This document shows positions 48,401-57,624 of a DNA stretch of 64,000 nt, in pieces. A model generated the notes under the pieces. It did no database searches, had not been told where the DNA came from, and worked only from the letters and a program-made list of their open reading frames with translations. The DNA is from an uncultured Gammaproteobacteria bacterium. GTDB taxonomy: Bacteria; Patescibacteriota; Patescibacteriia; Magasanikbacterales; GWA2-37-8. Position 1 is the stretch's first letter; the number at the start of each line of letters is the position of its first letter. The stretch is from assembly GCA_964444705.1 (NCBI GenBank), contig CAYUHX010000002.1, forward strand, positions 22,869-86,868, in the 5' to 3' direction. The position numbers and the translations under genes are program-made.

Positions 48401-48474
48401 CTGCAAAAGTGAAAATTGAATTTGAAGGTGAGAGTGCGGAAATTGCAATTTATAAAAAAGAAACCAACATCTAG
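45406..48474 (+). CDS. ileS: isoleucyl-tRNA synthetase (IleRS2 type)
   Basis: YDGPPFATGLPHYGH, GWDCHGLP, WTTTPWTLP, DWNISRNRYW, KLSKS. Confidence 0.97.
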   Translation: MLYNANQEEKEILNWWEKHAVFERSVSERPDDKPYVFYDGPPFATGLPHYGHILSSVIKDVVPRYFTMKGYRVPRRWGWDCHGLPIESLVEKELQITGGKKQIEEELGVEKFNEACRSKVLTYTKDWKTMVDRIGRWVEFDNAYKTMDATYMESVWWALKTIWDKQLIYEGRKVLMYCPRCETPVSKAEIAMDNSYKDVTEESATVKFKLKEQGTRNKEQFKDINGPIFVLAWTTTPWTLPGNVALAVGAEIEYVLLKEQGAVNKERPAQESSAYYVVAKERLGVVFKDKSYEIVKEFKGSDLAGLEYEPLFNLSAVSATGKKAHYIAAADFVTTTDGTGVVHTAVIYGEDDYQLGVKLDLPMVPMLDAKGHFNEAAPELVRGEYFKKAEKLIKNNLEERGLLFKREQFTHSYPHCWRCDTALIYNAISAWFIDIQKIKPRLLALNEKINWYPEHLKHGRFLNILETAPDWNISRNRYWATPLPFWKCSEGKRKNEKGESVPCTNVVCVGSVADLKAKALNFAEVFSSDKVEEIDLHKHVVDKIKLKCDACGGAMERIPEVIDCWVESGSMPFAEWHYPFENKEVFQQRFPGQYIAEYIAQTRAWFYYMHVMAVLLFDNVSFENCVTTGNVLNEKGEKLSKSKKNYPDPWGLIETHGVDALRFYLMTSPVMQADDLFFSDREVKEAYNKVLNLLWNVVEFYLLYAGEYDGTTQMHHSTNLLDKWIVAKANLLVKEVTEHMDHYDTVKAGRPIKDFVDELSTWYLRRSRERLKGEDQQGKQHALATLHHVLLVLAKVMAPFTPFMAEKIYQELRNKEQGTRSVFKESVHLEDWPHFHEEHHHEKVLEEMIAVRKIVEMGLALRAEHKLKVRQPLSELRINNDHLPHELLNIVAEELNVKKVEYAEFVEGDEWKEKKDGAVCVWLNTLLDDTLKVEGVLREIIRAINQLRKEQGLTIHDRVEVWYAVAGSRLADIFQTHAAEIQAATLANELAATTLSTETAKVKIEFEGESAEIAIYKKETNI
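46036..47868 (+). repeat. four AAGGAAC-type heptamer tracts inside ileS
   Basis: Tracts at 46036-46063, 46177-46204, 46874-46901 and 47841-47868, each with four units. Confidence 0.85.
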
Positions 48475-48495
48475 TTTTTGTGCATCTCAACCGAT

Positions 48496-49557
48496 ATGCA
48501 GCCACGTGAATCAAATTCACTGCCTCCTAAAACTGCTCAAGATTATAAGAAAGAGAAGAATGAAATAACAGTCACAGAATTGTCACTAAAAGTGGAGCGG
48601 CTGCAGCAGGCGCTTGACGTATTAGTGCAAGAAGAAAAAGAACTGCGTTCTCGTCTGCAGACTATTAAAAAGACTCAAAAGTCTTTGGCTCTTGGAGACA
48701 GCCTGCACGAGAAAAAAGTGAACGGGCCAGTGGCGATTACGCGGTGTGGTCAGGTCTACGCGGCGAAGCTCAACCGTTTTGATAGCGCTCTGTTAACTGA
48801 AGGTCAAATTATTGCTGGGCTTAGTGCTGGAGTAAGCTATTCATTTGATTGCAATGCACTTAAAAAAACAGATTTAGATCAGCTTGCCGCTGGTTGGTTC
48901 CGCGGTCGGAGAGAAAAAATGATGAGTGAGTTGCAGCTCGCAGAAGCGCTTGTGGTGGCGATAGAACGCGCACCGAATGCCCCGGAGACCGAGGCTTATC
49001 GAGAACTGTATCGCACCAAAGATGCCGAACGAATGGGTAAAATTGCTGAACAGATGGTCTATCGTTTGCTCCAGCGCGTAGCTTACGATTTTGGTAGTGA
49101 CTTATTTTCGGTTGAGCCAGCGAGCGCTGCTGAAGACGTTGAGGCCAAGATGGATTTTAAGGTAGTGTATAAGGGTGGTCGTGATAAAAAAATTAAGCGT
49201 GGTGTGGCGGTTGAAGCGGACGAAAAAGTAACGAGCAGTGCCGAGGTATTTGGTATACAGTTCACGCTCAAAACATCAGCTGCGGATCGTGCGTTTAAAG
49301 CACGTCAGATTGAAAATACACGCGGATTGCGGGAAGAAATTGCAGATACGGTGCTCGTAAGTATTAATTTAGACAACGTCCTCAAAATAGTGCGTGTGTG
49401 GGAAAAAGATGCGGAGCGATATTGTGCGCCTGAAGAAAAATTTCCTGTGATTGTGCAACAAATGATTGTGCGGGAGGTGCTTCGAAAAATTGCCGAGCCA
49501 AGTGAAATTGATGTGCTCTGTCGTGCTCTTGAATTAAAGAAGACCGTTGCTGATTAA
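48496..49557 (+). CDS. hypothetical protein, possible PD-(D/E)XK-like C-terminus
   Basis: GKIAE...EDVEAKMDF...GIQFTL after a coiled coil. Confidence 0.55.
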   Translation: MQPRESNSLPPKTAQDYKKEKNEITVTELSLKVERLQQALDVLVQEEKELRSRLQTIKKTQKSLALGDSLHEKKVNGPVAITRCGQVYAAKLNRFDSALLTEGQIIAGLSAGVSYSFDCNALKKTDLDQLAAGWFRGRREKMMSELQLAEALVVAIERAPNAPETEAYRELYRTKDAERMGKIAEQMVYRLLQRVAYDFGSDLFSVEPASAAEDVEAKMDFKVVYKGGRDKKIKRGVAVEADEKVTSSAEVFGIQFTLKTSAADRAFKARQIENTRGLREEIADTVLVSINLDNVLKIVRVWEKDAERYCAPEEKFPVIVQQMIVREVLRKIAEPSEIDVLCRALELKKTVAD

Positions 49558-49562
49558 ACTAT

Positions 49563-50570
49563 ATGAATCATTCTCAACCGACTGGCTTTTTTCCGGTCAT
49601 CGCAGCCCTCTTGGGAAACATCTGCATCACCACCATGAAAATTGTGGGGTTTGTGCTAACTGGTTCTTCGGCGATGTTTTCGGAAGCAATACACACCGCC
49701 GCAGACACGGGTAATCAGGCTCTTCTCATGATTGGTATCAAACGCTCACAACGCAATGCCGATAAAAAATATCAATATGGATTTGGACAAGAACGATTTT
49801 TTTGGGCGCTTATCAGCGCGTGTGGCATATTTTTTTTGGGCGCAGGTGTCACGTTGTATCATGGTTTTGTGTCTTTGTTTACGCACGAACCAGTACACAC
49901 GAATCTGTTGGGATACATAATTTTGGGAGTTTCCACCTTGATTGAAAGCACCACTTTATTTTTTGCCTATTACGAATTAAAAAAACACAGCATCGAAACA
50001 GGCGTGCTGCAGATTATTCAATCAGCCGATCCCACCACGCTCGCGGTGCTCTATGAAGATGGCGTGGCGGTGTTGGGGTCTCTGCTGGCAGCCGTTAGCA
50101 TTGCCCTCTCTGCGTATACGCACAATGCGGTGTGGGATGCGATTGGTTCTTTGCTTATTGGTGGTTTACTTCTTTTGGTTGCAATAGCGCTTATTATAAA
50201 AAATAGAAGTTATCTACTTGATAAAGCTATGCCGCCGGCACTAGAAGAACGAGCGATGGCTATTTTAAACAATGAGCCGTCGATAGAGAAAGTGATTGAT
50301 TTTAAATCAACGGTACTTGATGTTGATGTATATCGCATTAAATGTGAGGTGGAATTTAATGGGAGTGAGCTTTTGAAAGAGATTAATAATTATGGAGAGT
50401 TGCGCGAAGATTTTGATGAGGTGCGTGCCGATTATTCACATTTTCTTCGTTTCTGCTCCGAGCTTGCCGATCGAGCGCCGCGTTTAATTGGTACCAAAAT
50501 AAATCAGATTGAAAAACGTATTATTGAGCAAATACCACAAGTGCGGCATATTGATATTGAAATCAATTAA
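49563..50570 (+). CDS. cation diffusion facilitator transporter
   Basis: SAMFSEAIHTAAD, FGQERFFW, YEDG; 6 TMs. Confidence 0.9.
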   Translation: MNHSQPTGFFPVIAALLGNICITTMKIVGFVLTGSSAMFSEAIHTAADTGNQALLMIGIKRSQRNADKKYQYGFGQERFFWALISACGIFFLGAGVTLYHGFVSLFTHEPVHTNLLGYIILGVSTLIESTTLFFAYYELKKHSIETGVLQIIQSADPTTLAVLYEDGVAVLGSLLAAVSIALSAYTHNAVWDAIGSLLIGGLLLLVAIALIIKNRSYLLDKAMPPALEERAMAILNNEPSIEKVIDFKSTVLDVDVYRIKCEVEFNGSELLKEINNYGELREDFDEVRADYSHFLRFCSELADRAPRLIGTKINQIEKRIIEQIPQVRHIDIEIN

Positions 50571-50631
50571 ATTTTTTCATACGAAAATTTGAGGAAATTA
50601 TTTTTAGTATAAAAGGAATAAAAATTTTTTT

Positions 50632-50829
50632 ATGAAATGGTATAAAAAACAACTTGATGCATTAAAGAAAAAGAGCAGTGGTAATCAGGATGCAAAAAAT
50701 AATGATGAAAAGATTAATTCAGTGCACACATTAAGCGGCACAGATCGTACGACCAAAAAAGCATTTGTGAAAGGTGTTGATTCTATGGCGCAACGTAATA
50801 AAAATAGACCAAAGACAGATCTCTATTGA
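50632..50829 (+). CDS. small basic hypothetical protein
   Basis: 65 aa, K-rich, native tATG context. Confidence 0.45.
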   Translation: MKWYKKQLDALKKKSSGNQDAKNNDEKINSVHTLSGTDRTTKKAFVKGVDSMAQRNKNRPKTDLY

Positions 50830-51045
50830 TGGGTAAACGAGGTTTTTGTGCGTGCAGGGAATTAATTATATTGAATACGTCGCTTGGCCGACGTATTTTT
50901 TTTCGGAAAAATACGGTATGTGATGGATGTGGTTTGTTCGTTAATATTTGCTTTAAGATTTAACAAGCATTTGCCGAGGATATCTTGACAATATCATGAA
51001 AATGTGCTATGTTGAGGAGTCTTTAGTAATAATTTACACACGAAT

Positions 51046-52674
51046 ATGTCTTTTTTTAAAAAAATGAGTGTGGTTGTTGTGTTGGCAAGTCTGTGTGGAA
51101 CCTCTCTGGCAGAAGCGGCAACAATGCCGGGAAGAAGTGCGGAAATGAAGTTGGTTGCACCAATTAGCCCAGCGCTTTTCCCTAAACAGCCACTTTGTTC
51201 GCCGGTATCTAAACCAGGTGCACATTGTGTGAAACCAGAAATTAAGGTGCCACCTTGTTTACCGAAGATGGCGAGTGCACAGCCTATTTCTTGGACTTCA
51301 TTAGATTTTTCTAGTATTTCTGAATGGCTCAAACGGTTTCCAGTTGCAAACATGCCCAAAACATCGCAAACGGGCAAAAAGGAACCGCAACCATTTTCGA
51401 ATGCTGATAGTAAGAATTTAGAAGTATATAAAAAAGCCTTAGATCAAATTATTGGCCCAATTCCTAAAAATTGTGTGCCTCTAAATTTAAGCATTGATTC
51501 AATAAATTTGCATTTAACCGCGGATGAAATGGCTCAAGCCTCCATCACCCCAATTACTGCTGATGGTACGGATAGTGGAATGATACTTGGATATCGCTTA
51601 ACGCCGAACAAAACAGTTTTTGGCACCAGCCCAAGCGCCAGTGACTCAGCCCGGATTTTCTATATTACTTTCAGTGATGTGGTTGGACAAAAAGTGGCCG
51701 GATATATATTAGTTCCCGAGGACGCTGCTGGCCAAATAATGCCAGGATCCTTACCTTCAGTTGTTGCTTTTCATCAAACATATAATGAGTGTGGTAAAAA
51801 AGAACAAATCAACGCCTGTCCGTCTACTGTGCCGTGGGCTGATTTTGCGCCAGAGATGGTTCGCCGTGGTTTCGTCACAATAGTAGTAGACATGCCAAAT
51901 TATGGAGAGTCATGGGATCAGTCCACTGTCGAGAATATTGAATATAACTCAACTCCGGTACAGAATATTTTAAAATATTATCCACGGGCGAGTGAGCTTG
52001 GTATTGAATTGTCGTATACTGAACGAACTTTAGAGGTGCTTAAACAGCAAGATATTGTGACTTTAAACGATGATATTGGGATTATTGGTCATTCTAAAGG
52101 TGGAACCAATGCACTGCTTGCAAAAATTTATTTTCCCCAAATTAAAGCTGCCATTGTCAATGCCGGAGGTCTGCACATGTTTCGCTCTGACGATTTGATT
52201 GGCGACCATAACGGTATTGATCTAAAAGGAAGTTTGGGACGATGGTGTAAATACGGATATTTACCGGCATTATGTAATTACATCGGAAAAATTGACCAGT
52301 TACCTTTTGAATTGCATCATTTATATGCCCTGGCGCTTAAAGATGGAGCATTATTTAGTTACCAGATTCAGGATGACGGGTACCCTAAGTATGATGGCCT
52401 GGGTAATCAAATGAGTACCTATTGGGATTCAATAGATTTCGTTAACACCCAGGTAGCGCGCATTGCCCCCAAAATTAATGGAGAATATCACTATGCGGTG
52501 AAGCAAAGTGGACGGTTTGACACCTACCCTGGAACCAAAGAATGTTTTGAAACTGCAGGGAGCGATATCGGAAAGATTGAATATTGTTTAACATACTTTG
52601 GGTATAATCATGGTGTTTATCCCAAAGATATGAATCCATTCATGGATCGGTTTGAACAAATTTTGAAGAAATAA
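51046..52674 (+). CDS. secreted alpha/beta hydrolase
   Basis: Signal peptide; GYILVP, VVAFHQ, RRGFVTI..D...YGE, GHSKGG nucleophile elbow, C-terminal NHG. Confidence 0.8.
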   Translation: MSFFKKMSVVVVLASLCGTSLAEAATMPGRSAEMKLVAPISPALFPKQPLCSPVSKPGAHCVKPEIKVPPCLPKMASAQPISWTSLDFSSISEWLKRFPVANMPKTSQTGKKEPQPFSNADSKNLEVYKKALDQIIGPIPKNCVPLNLSIDSINLHLTADEMAQASITPITADGTDSGMILGYRLTPNKTVFGTSPSASDSARIFYITFSDVVGQKVAGYILVPEDAAGQIMPGSLPSVVAFHQTYNECGKKEQINACPSTVPWADFAPEMVRRGFVTIVVDMPNYGESWDQSTVENIEYNSTPVQNILKYYPRASELGIELSYTERTLEVLKQQDIVTLNDDIGIIGHSKGGTNALLAKIYFPQIKAAIVNAGGLHMFRSDDLIGDHNGIDLKGSLGRWCKYGYLPALCNYIGKIDQLPFELHHLYALALKDGALFSYQIQDDGYPKYDGLGNQMSTYWDSIDFVNTQVARIAPKINGEYHYAVKQSGRFDTYPGTKECFETAGSDIGKIEYCLTYFGYNHGVYPKDMNPFMDRFEQILKK

Positions 52675-52706
52675 ACGATCGACTCAGCTATTCTGAGAGA
52701 GGTTTC

Positions 52707-52744
52707 AAAAAACACGCTTTTTGTTTGACAGAGCGTGTTTTTTT
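52707..52744 (+). terminator. intrinsic terminator
   Basis: AAAAAACACGCTTT...AGAGCGTGTTTTTTT. Confidence 0.75.
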
Positions 52745-52781
52745 GCCTATAGTAAAAGAAATTTAGTTTAGATTTTTTTAT

Positions 52782-53744
52782 ATGAATGTAGCTCAAATTT
52801 TTGATCTTGGCATTAAGCTTGGCAGCGCCGCCGATCCGCGTGGCCAAAAAGGAGTAGAAAAATATGTAAAGATGATTAAAAAGGAATACGAAGATTTGAA
52901 AGATAAAGATAAAAAATATGTTGATCCCAGTAAATTAGTTAATCCTTATCCTGATAGTTGTATTCATGTCGACGATGGTCGTAAAGAAGTGAAGCGTATT
53001 CTTGCAGGTATTGATATTGATGAGGGCGAAGTGCTGCTTGCAAGTCAGCTTAATGAACGTGGTAAAAAAATTGATTTAGTAGTATCGCACCATCCGGTGG
53101 GAAATGCGCTCGCTAATTTACACGAGGTGATGGAAATGACAAGCGGTATTTTTGAAAGTTTGGGATTGCCGGTACATGTGGCGGAGCGTGTGGTGGAAGA
53201 GCGTATGAAAGAGGTTGGTCGCGGTCTTCACCCGGTGAATCACCATCGCGCGGTTGATATTGCTAAAATTTTGGGAATAAATTTCATGAGCACCCACACC
53301 ATTACCGATAATTTGGTGCATCAGTTTATTGTGGATCTTATTGAAAAAAATAAACCGGAAACAGTCGGAGAAGTGATTGAGCTTTTGATGGAAATTCCAG
53401 AATATCAAGAAGCCAAACGCCGTGGTGCTGGGCCAAAAGTGGTGGCGGGTAGTAGTAAAAAACGTATCGGTCGGTATGTGGTAGAAATGACGGGAGGTAC
53501 CAACCCTTCAAGTCAGGTGTACGAAGAATTTTCTCGCATTGGGTATAGCACCATGCTCAGCATGCATATGAAAGAAGACGCGGTAAAAAAAGCGCAGGAG
53601 CAGCATATGAATATTATTATCACCGGCCATATGTCATCAGATTCGCTTGGCATGAATTTATTCTTAGATGAGCTCGAGAAAAAAGGAATTGAAATTATGG
53701 CGTGTGGCGGCCTTATTCGGGTCAGCCGAAATAAAAAGAAATAA
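52782..53744 (+). CDS. NIF3-like protein
   Basis: ADPRG, NPYPD, GID, SHHP, HTITDN, GHMSSDSLG. Confidence 0.8.
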   Translation: MNVAQIFDLGIKLGSAADPRGQKGVEKYVKMIKKEYEDLKDKDKKYVDPSKLVNPYPDSCIHVDDGRKEVKRILAGIDIDEGEVLLASQLNERGKKIDLVVSHHPVGNALANLHEVMEMTSGIFESLGLPVHVAERVVEERMKEVGRGLHPVNHHRAVDIAKILGINFMSTHTITDNLVHQFIVDLIEKNKPETVGEVIELLMEIPEYQEAKRRGAGPKVVAGSSKKRIGRYVVEMTGGTNPSSQVYEEFSRIGYSTMLSMHMKEDAVKKAQEQHMNIIITGHMSSDSLGMNLFLDELEKKGIEIMACGGLIRVSRNKKK

Positions 53745-53749
53745 ATAGT

Positions 53750-54334
53750 ATGATTGCACTTCTTGTTGGCAGAGTACAAAGTAATGTTGACGGTGAGCTT
53801 GTGGTGCTTACAAGTGGTGGTGTGGGGTATAAAATGCTCGCGAGCCCGGCGGCGCTGCAAAAAGCCAAAGTTGGTGAAGAAACAATACTTGAAACTCATT
53901 TAGTTGTACGGGATGACGCGCTTGAGCTCTATGCCTTTGGGAGCGTGACAGAAAAAAAATTATTTCAATCATTTGTTTCGGTGAGTGGGGTGGGGCCAAA
54001 AACAGCCCTGCATCTTTTAGAACTAGGCAGTGCTGAAGAAATAACCCGTGCGATCAGTCGTGGAGATTTGGAGTATTTAACTAAAGTGAGTGGTATAGGC
54101 AAAAAAACTGCTGAACGAATTGTGCTTGAGCTTAAATCAAAAATGCACGATCAAGGATTTAGTGCCGCTGATGAAGGTGGCTTTGAAGGCGATGGTGTGC
54201 TTGGTGATGTCATAGATGGTTTAGTGACACTGGGTTATTCTGCTCTTGAGGCGCGCGCCGTGGTCAAGAAATTGGATGCCGGCGGTAAAACGAGTGAGCA
54301 ACTGCTACGTGAGGCGCTCCAAACAATTAAATAA
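53750..54334 (+). CDS. ruvA: Holliday junction branch migration protein RuvA
   Basis: GVGY, VSGVGPK, GIGKKTAERIVLEL, LGY. Confidence 0.97.
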   Translation: MIALLVGRVQSNVDGELVVLTSGGVGYKMLASPAALQKAKVGEETILETHLVVRDDALELYAFGSVTEKKLFQSFVSVSGVGPKTALHLLELGSAEEITRAISRGDLEYLTKVSGIGKKTAERIVLELKSKMHDQGFSAADEGGFEGDGVLGDVIDGLVTLGYSALEARAVVKKLDAGGKTSEQLLREALQTIK

Positions 54335-54468
54335 AAATCATTAAAAAAAGTATGGATCCAGAAACAAAAAGGGCGCTAGAGACAAAAGGGAAGAAAAAAT
54401 CAGGGTTTCATATTGTGTTAATTTAAAATATTTATTAATTAAGCTGAAAAGCTGTTAAATTTAAATAT

Positions 54469-55227
54469 ATGGGTTGGATTATCGTCTTACTTATCATGGT
54501 TGTGCTCTTAGGCCTACGTACTGTTAAACAGTATGAAAAAGGCGTGATTTTTCGATTTGGAAAAATTGTCGGAATAAAAGAGCCTGGATTAAATTGGGTT
54601 ATTCCGTTTATAGATCAGATGCGTAAGGTTGATATGCGCACCGTCACATTGCCGGTGCAAAAACAACAAATTATCACCAAAGATAATGTGTCAGTCGATG
54701 TGTCAGCGGTTGCATATTATAAAGTATCTGATGCAGTAAAGAGTATTGTGGCTATTGAAAACGTCATGAGTGCTATCAACCAGATCGCTCAAACTTCGAT
54801 TCGCAACATTGTAGGTAAATTTCAGCTTGATCAAATTTTAAGTGAACGTGAAACCATCAACAAAGAAATCACTGAAGTGCTTGAAACCCACACCGCCAGC
54901 TGGGGAATAGATGTGACGTTGGTTGAGATGAAAGATATGGAACTACCAGAAGGTATGAAACGTGCTATGGCCAAACAAGCCGAAGCCGAACGCGAAAAAA
55001 GAGCAAAAATCATAGCCGCCGAAGGTGAATTTTTATCTTCGCAGAAATTGGCCGAGACAGCTGATGTGATGGCGGCACACCCGATCGCTTTGCAGCTCCG
55101 CAATCTTCAAACTATGGCCGAGATCAGTGTCGAGAAAAATTCAACTATAATTTTTCCTGCACAATTTATGACGACAATTGGTGACGTACAAAAATTTGTG
55201 AATCAAGAAATGAGTGTAAAAAAATAG
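54469..55227 (+). CDS. SPFH/stomatin-like (slipin) protein
   Basis: YEKGVIFRFG, ITKDNV, AMAKQAEAERE. Confidence 0.92.
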   Translation: MGWIIVLLIMVVLLGLRTVKQYEKGVIFRFGKIVGIKEPGLNWVIPFIDQMRKVDMRTVTLPVQKQQIITKDNVSVDVSAVAYYKVSDAVKSIVAIENVMSAINQIAQTSIRNIVGKFQLDQILSERETINKEITEVLETHTASWGIDVTLVEMKDMELPEGMKRAMAKQAEAEREKRAKIIAAEGEFLSSQKLAETADVMAAHPIALQLRNLQTMAEISVEKNSTIIFPAQFMTTIGDVQKFVNQEMSVKK

Positions 55228-55235
55228 GGCTTTCT

Positions 55236-56000
55236 ATGTCGGAAAAAAAAGATTCGTGGAAAGTTGGTGGTAAAGACACTGAAGAAGTGGTTGATTCCCG
55301 TGAGGTGGGCGCAGTTGTTCCCGAGGAGTATAAGGAAGATTTAAATGACTGGCTCAAAAAAATTTCTGGAGGAGAGCTCGCACAGTTTTTTAGGGCGCTG
55401 GCTGGTGTGATGAAAACTACTGTAGAGATGATTGAACCGGAACGTATGTTTCAAAAATCACCCGCCTTTGCTGCTCATCATCGCGCACATGGCCAAGAGG
55501 TATTTGAAGAGATGGGGAGCCGAGCTGATTTTCCACCCGATGTCGTGAGAGCTTTTCAAAATGATCCCTTATTAAATTGTGCGCAGGCGTTGACCGAGAT
55601 GGAAGGGCTCCGTTGGGATTGGCAAGAAAAAATTAAAGAGTGCCTTGCTCTTAGTGAGGTTGAATTTAAAAGATATTTGACCGAAGTGGTAGATGACTAT
55701 GTGGCAAATACTCTCTATGCGGCAGGGCGTATGGTAAAAGATTTCTTGTCTAAACTTAATGGTGCTGAGCAACTTCGATTTCTTGCTTTTTTAGAATCAC
55801 ATCGAATTGAGAGTGCGGTGATATCTCGTCATGAAGAGCTCGAAGAGTGGGTTGATTTTCGAGTGGTACAGCCACCACAGTCAAGAGATGATTTTTGGAT
55901 GCGCGCCGAGATGTTTGAAAAATTAGGAGAATATATCGGCGCTAGAGATTCCACACCCCGAGTCAACAGAAGAGTTCCAAGCAGTGGTTCGTTAAACTAA
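55236..56000 (+). CDS. hypothetical protein
   Basis: 254-aa helical ORF. Confidence 0.6.
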   Translation: MSEKKDSWKVGGKDTEEVVDSREVGAVVPEEYKEDLNDWLKKISGGELAQFFRALAGVMKTTVEMIEPERMFQKSPAFAAHHRAHGQEVFEEMGSRADFPPDVVRAFQNDPLLNCAQALTEMEGLRWDWQEKIKECLALSEVEFKRYLTEVVDDYVANTLYAAGRMVKDFLSKLNGAEQLRFLAFLESHRIESAVISRHEELEEWVDFRVVQPPQSRDDFWMRAEMFEKLGEYIGARDSTPRVNRRVPSSGSLN

Positions 56001-56015
56001 AACTCAAACGCACAT

Positions 56016-56048
56016 AATAAAAATAGGCCTCTTAGGCCTATTTTTATT
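56016..56048. terminator. bidirectional terminator
   Basis: AATAAAAATAGGCCT-ctt-AGGCCTATTTTTATT between convergent genes. Confidence 0.85.
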
Positions 56049-56056
56049 AGAGTGCT

Positions 56057-56875
56057 TTATCTCCAGCGATTTATTTCATCTTGTAGCTTCATTGCCTCTT
56101 CCCGTGATCTCTCAGCAAAGTTTTCTCCGCTTGATGCAAAAATGATACCTCGTGATGAATTGATAATGAGGCCAGATTTGTAGGAGTTGAGGCCGGCTTT
56201 GACTGTTTTTTCAAGATCGCCACCTTGAGAATTAACCCCTGGAGTAAGAATAAAAGTATCTCCGGCCAAGCGACGAATTTCGCCGAGTTCTTCGGGGTAG
56301 GTGGCGCCAGCAACAATAAAACAGTTATGGTTTTTGTTCCATTCGGTCACGGTTTTTCGTGTCACAATTTTGTAAAGTGCTTCGCCGTCAACAAGAAGAT
56401 CTTGAAATTCTCCTGCGCCAGGGTTAGATGTGCGGCACAAAATAAAAGAGCCTTTATCTTTTCTTTCTAGAAAAGGTTGCAATGCTTCCCCGCCAAGGTA
56501 GGGGTTTAGGGTCACAGCATCAGCTTGTAAATAATCAAATCCGTAGGCTGCTGAAGAGGTCATAGTGTTGCCAATGTCGCCGCGTTTTAAATCCACGAGG
56601 AGAAAAATGTCTGGATAGTTTGCGCGAATATAATCGCATGTGAGTTTTAATTCACGTACGCCGGCTTCACCACGGGCTTCATAAAAGGCAGGATTGGGTT
56701 TGTAGGTGCAGACAAGATCAGCGGTCGCATCTATTATTTTTTTATTAAAATCAAATTGAGGTGTAGGCGATGTCTTAAACTGTTCGGGCAATTTCGCCAT
56801 TTCTGGGTCGAGACCTATACACAAAAGTGAGTTATTTTTTTGAATGATGGTATCAAGGTTTTTTTGAATAAGCAT
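56057..56875 (-). CDS. pyrF: orotidine-5'-phosphate decarboxylase
   Basis: LCIGLDP, DLKRGDIGNT, RTSNPG, PG...QGG, NSSRGI. Confidence 0.95.
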   Translation of the reverse strand: MLIQKNLDTIIQKNNSLLCIGLDPEMAKLPEQFKTSPTPQFDFNKKIIDATADLVCTYKPNPAFYEARGEAGVRELKLTCDYIRANYPDIFLLVDLKRGDIGNTMTSSAAYGFDYLQADAVTLNPYLGGEALQPFLERKDKGSFILCRTSNPGAGEFQDLLVDGEALYKIVTRKTVTEWNKNHNCFIVAGATYPEELGEIRRLAGDTFILTPGVNSQGGDLEKTVKAGLNSYKSGLIINSSRGIIFASSGENFAERSREEAMKLQDEINRWR

Positions 56876-56878
56876 AGT

Positions 56879-57616
56879 TTAAAGTGAAAGCGAATCAGGA
56901 GACAGGTGTGAAAACTCGGCTAAGAGCGCGTGACGTTGTATGTCTGAAAGTTGTGGCCACACTTCAAGAATAATGTCGTCAATCGTGGCTACATAGCCAA
57001 TGGAACGGATGCCTTCTTTGGCCAAGGTGTGTAGTGCGCGCTCGGTTTCGCGTACCACACCAATTTCAAGATGAAAACGAGCGTCATTAAAAATTGATGG
57101 ATATTCTTTTTTGAGAAGAGCAGCTGTCTCGGCCACAGTGTTACCAGTGGTTAAAACACTATCAAGAAATACAAAAATAGGTTGGGCAGGCATTTCTCTC
57201 GGAAGACGGATCGTCTTGCCAGAACCTTTTTCTAATTCAGCTAAATGAGTGCTGATAATTTCAATTTGAGGTCTTTCGAGAAGGTAGGCGAGTGTACCGG
57301 TGAGTTGAGGACTTGTTTTGCCGTGTATGTTTATGAACACTGTTTGGTCTATTGGAAGTGTCGTCAAAATCGAATCGCGCATTGCCTCCACAAATGGTTT
57401 AAACGTGTCTGGTTGATTAATCACATCGCTGTGATCAATATAGATCCACGATTTTTTACCGCTGCGCAGAGTGTGCACGCCTTCGGGGTTGGTGTTTTTA
57501 TCAAACGGCTCATCGTTGCCAGCGATTTTTATGGCACCAGCCAGCACCAAGGCATCGATGTAGGCGGCTTTGGAGCGTTCTTTGTTTGGTTTAGTTAAGA
57601 GTGGCATTGAAGACAT
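56879..57616 (-). CDS. divergent PyrE-like phosphoribosyltransferase
   Basis: HTLRSGKKSWIYID and VFLDSVLTTG (degenerate PRPP loop). Confidence 0.65.
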   Translation of the reverse strand: MSSMPLLTKPNKERSKAAYIDALVLAGAIKIAGNDEPFDKNTNPEGVHTLRSGKKSWIYIDHSDVINQPDTFKPFVEAMRDSILTTLPIDQTVFINIHGKTSPQLTGTLAYLLERPQIEIISTHLAELEKGSGKTIRLPREMPAQPIFVFLDSVLTTGNTVAETAALLKKEYPSIFNDARFHLEIGVVRETERALHTLAKEGIRSIGYVATIDDIILEVWPQLSDIQRHALLAEFSHLSPDSLSL

Positions 57617-57624
57617 ATAGGTCG

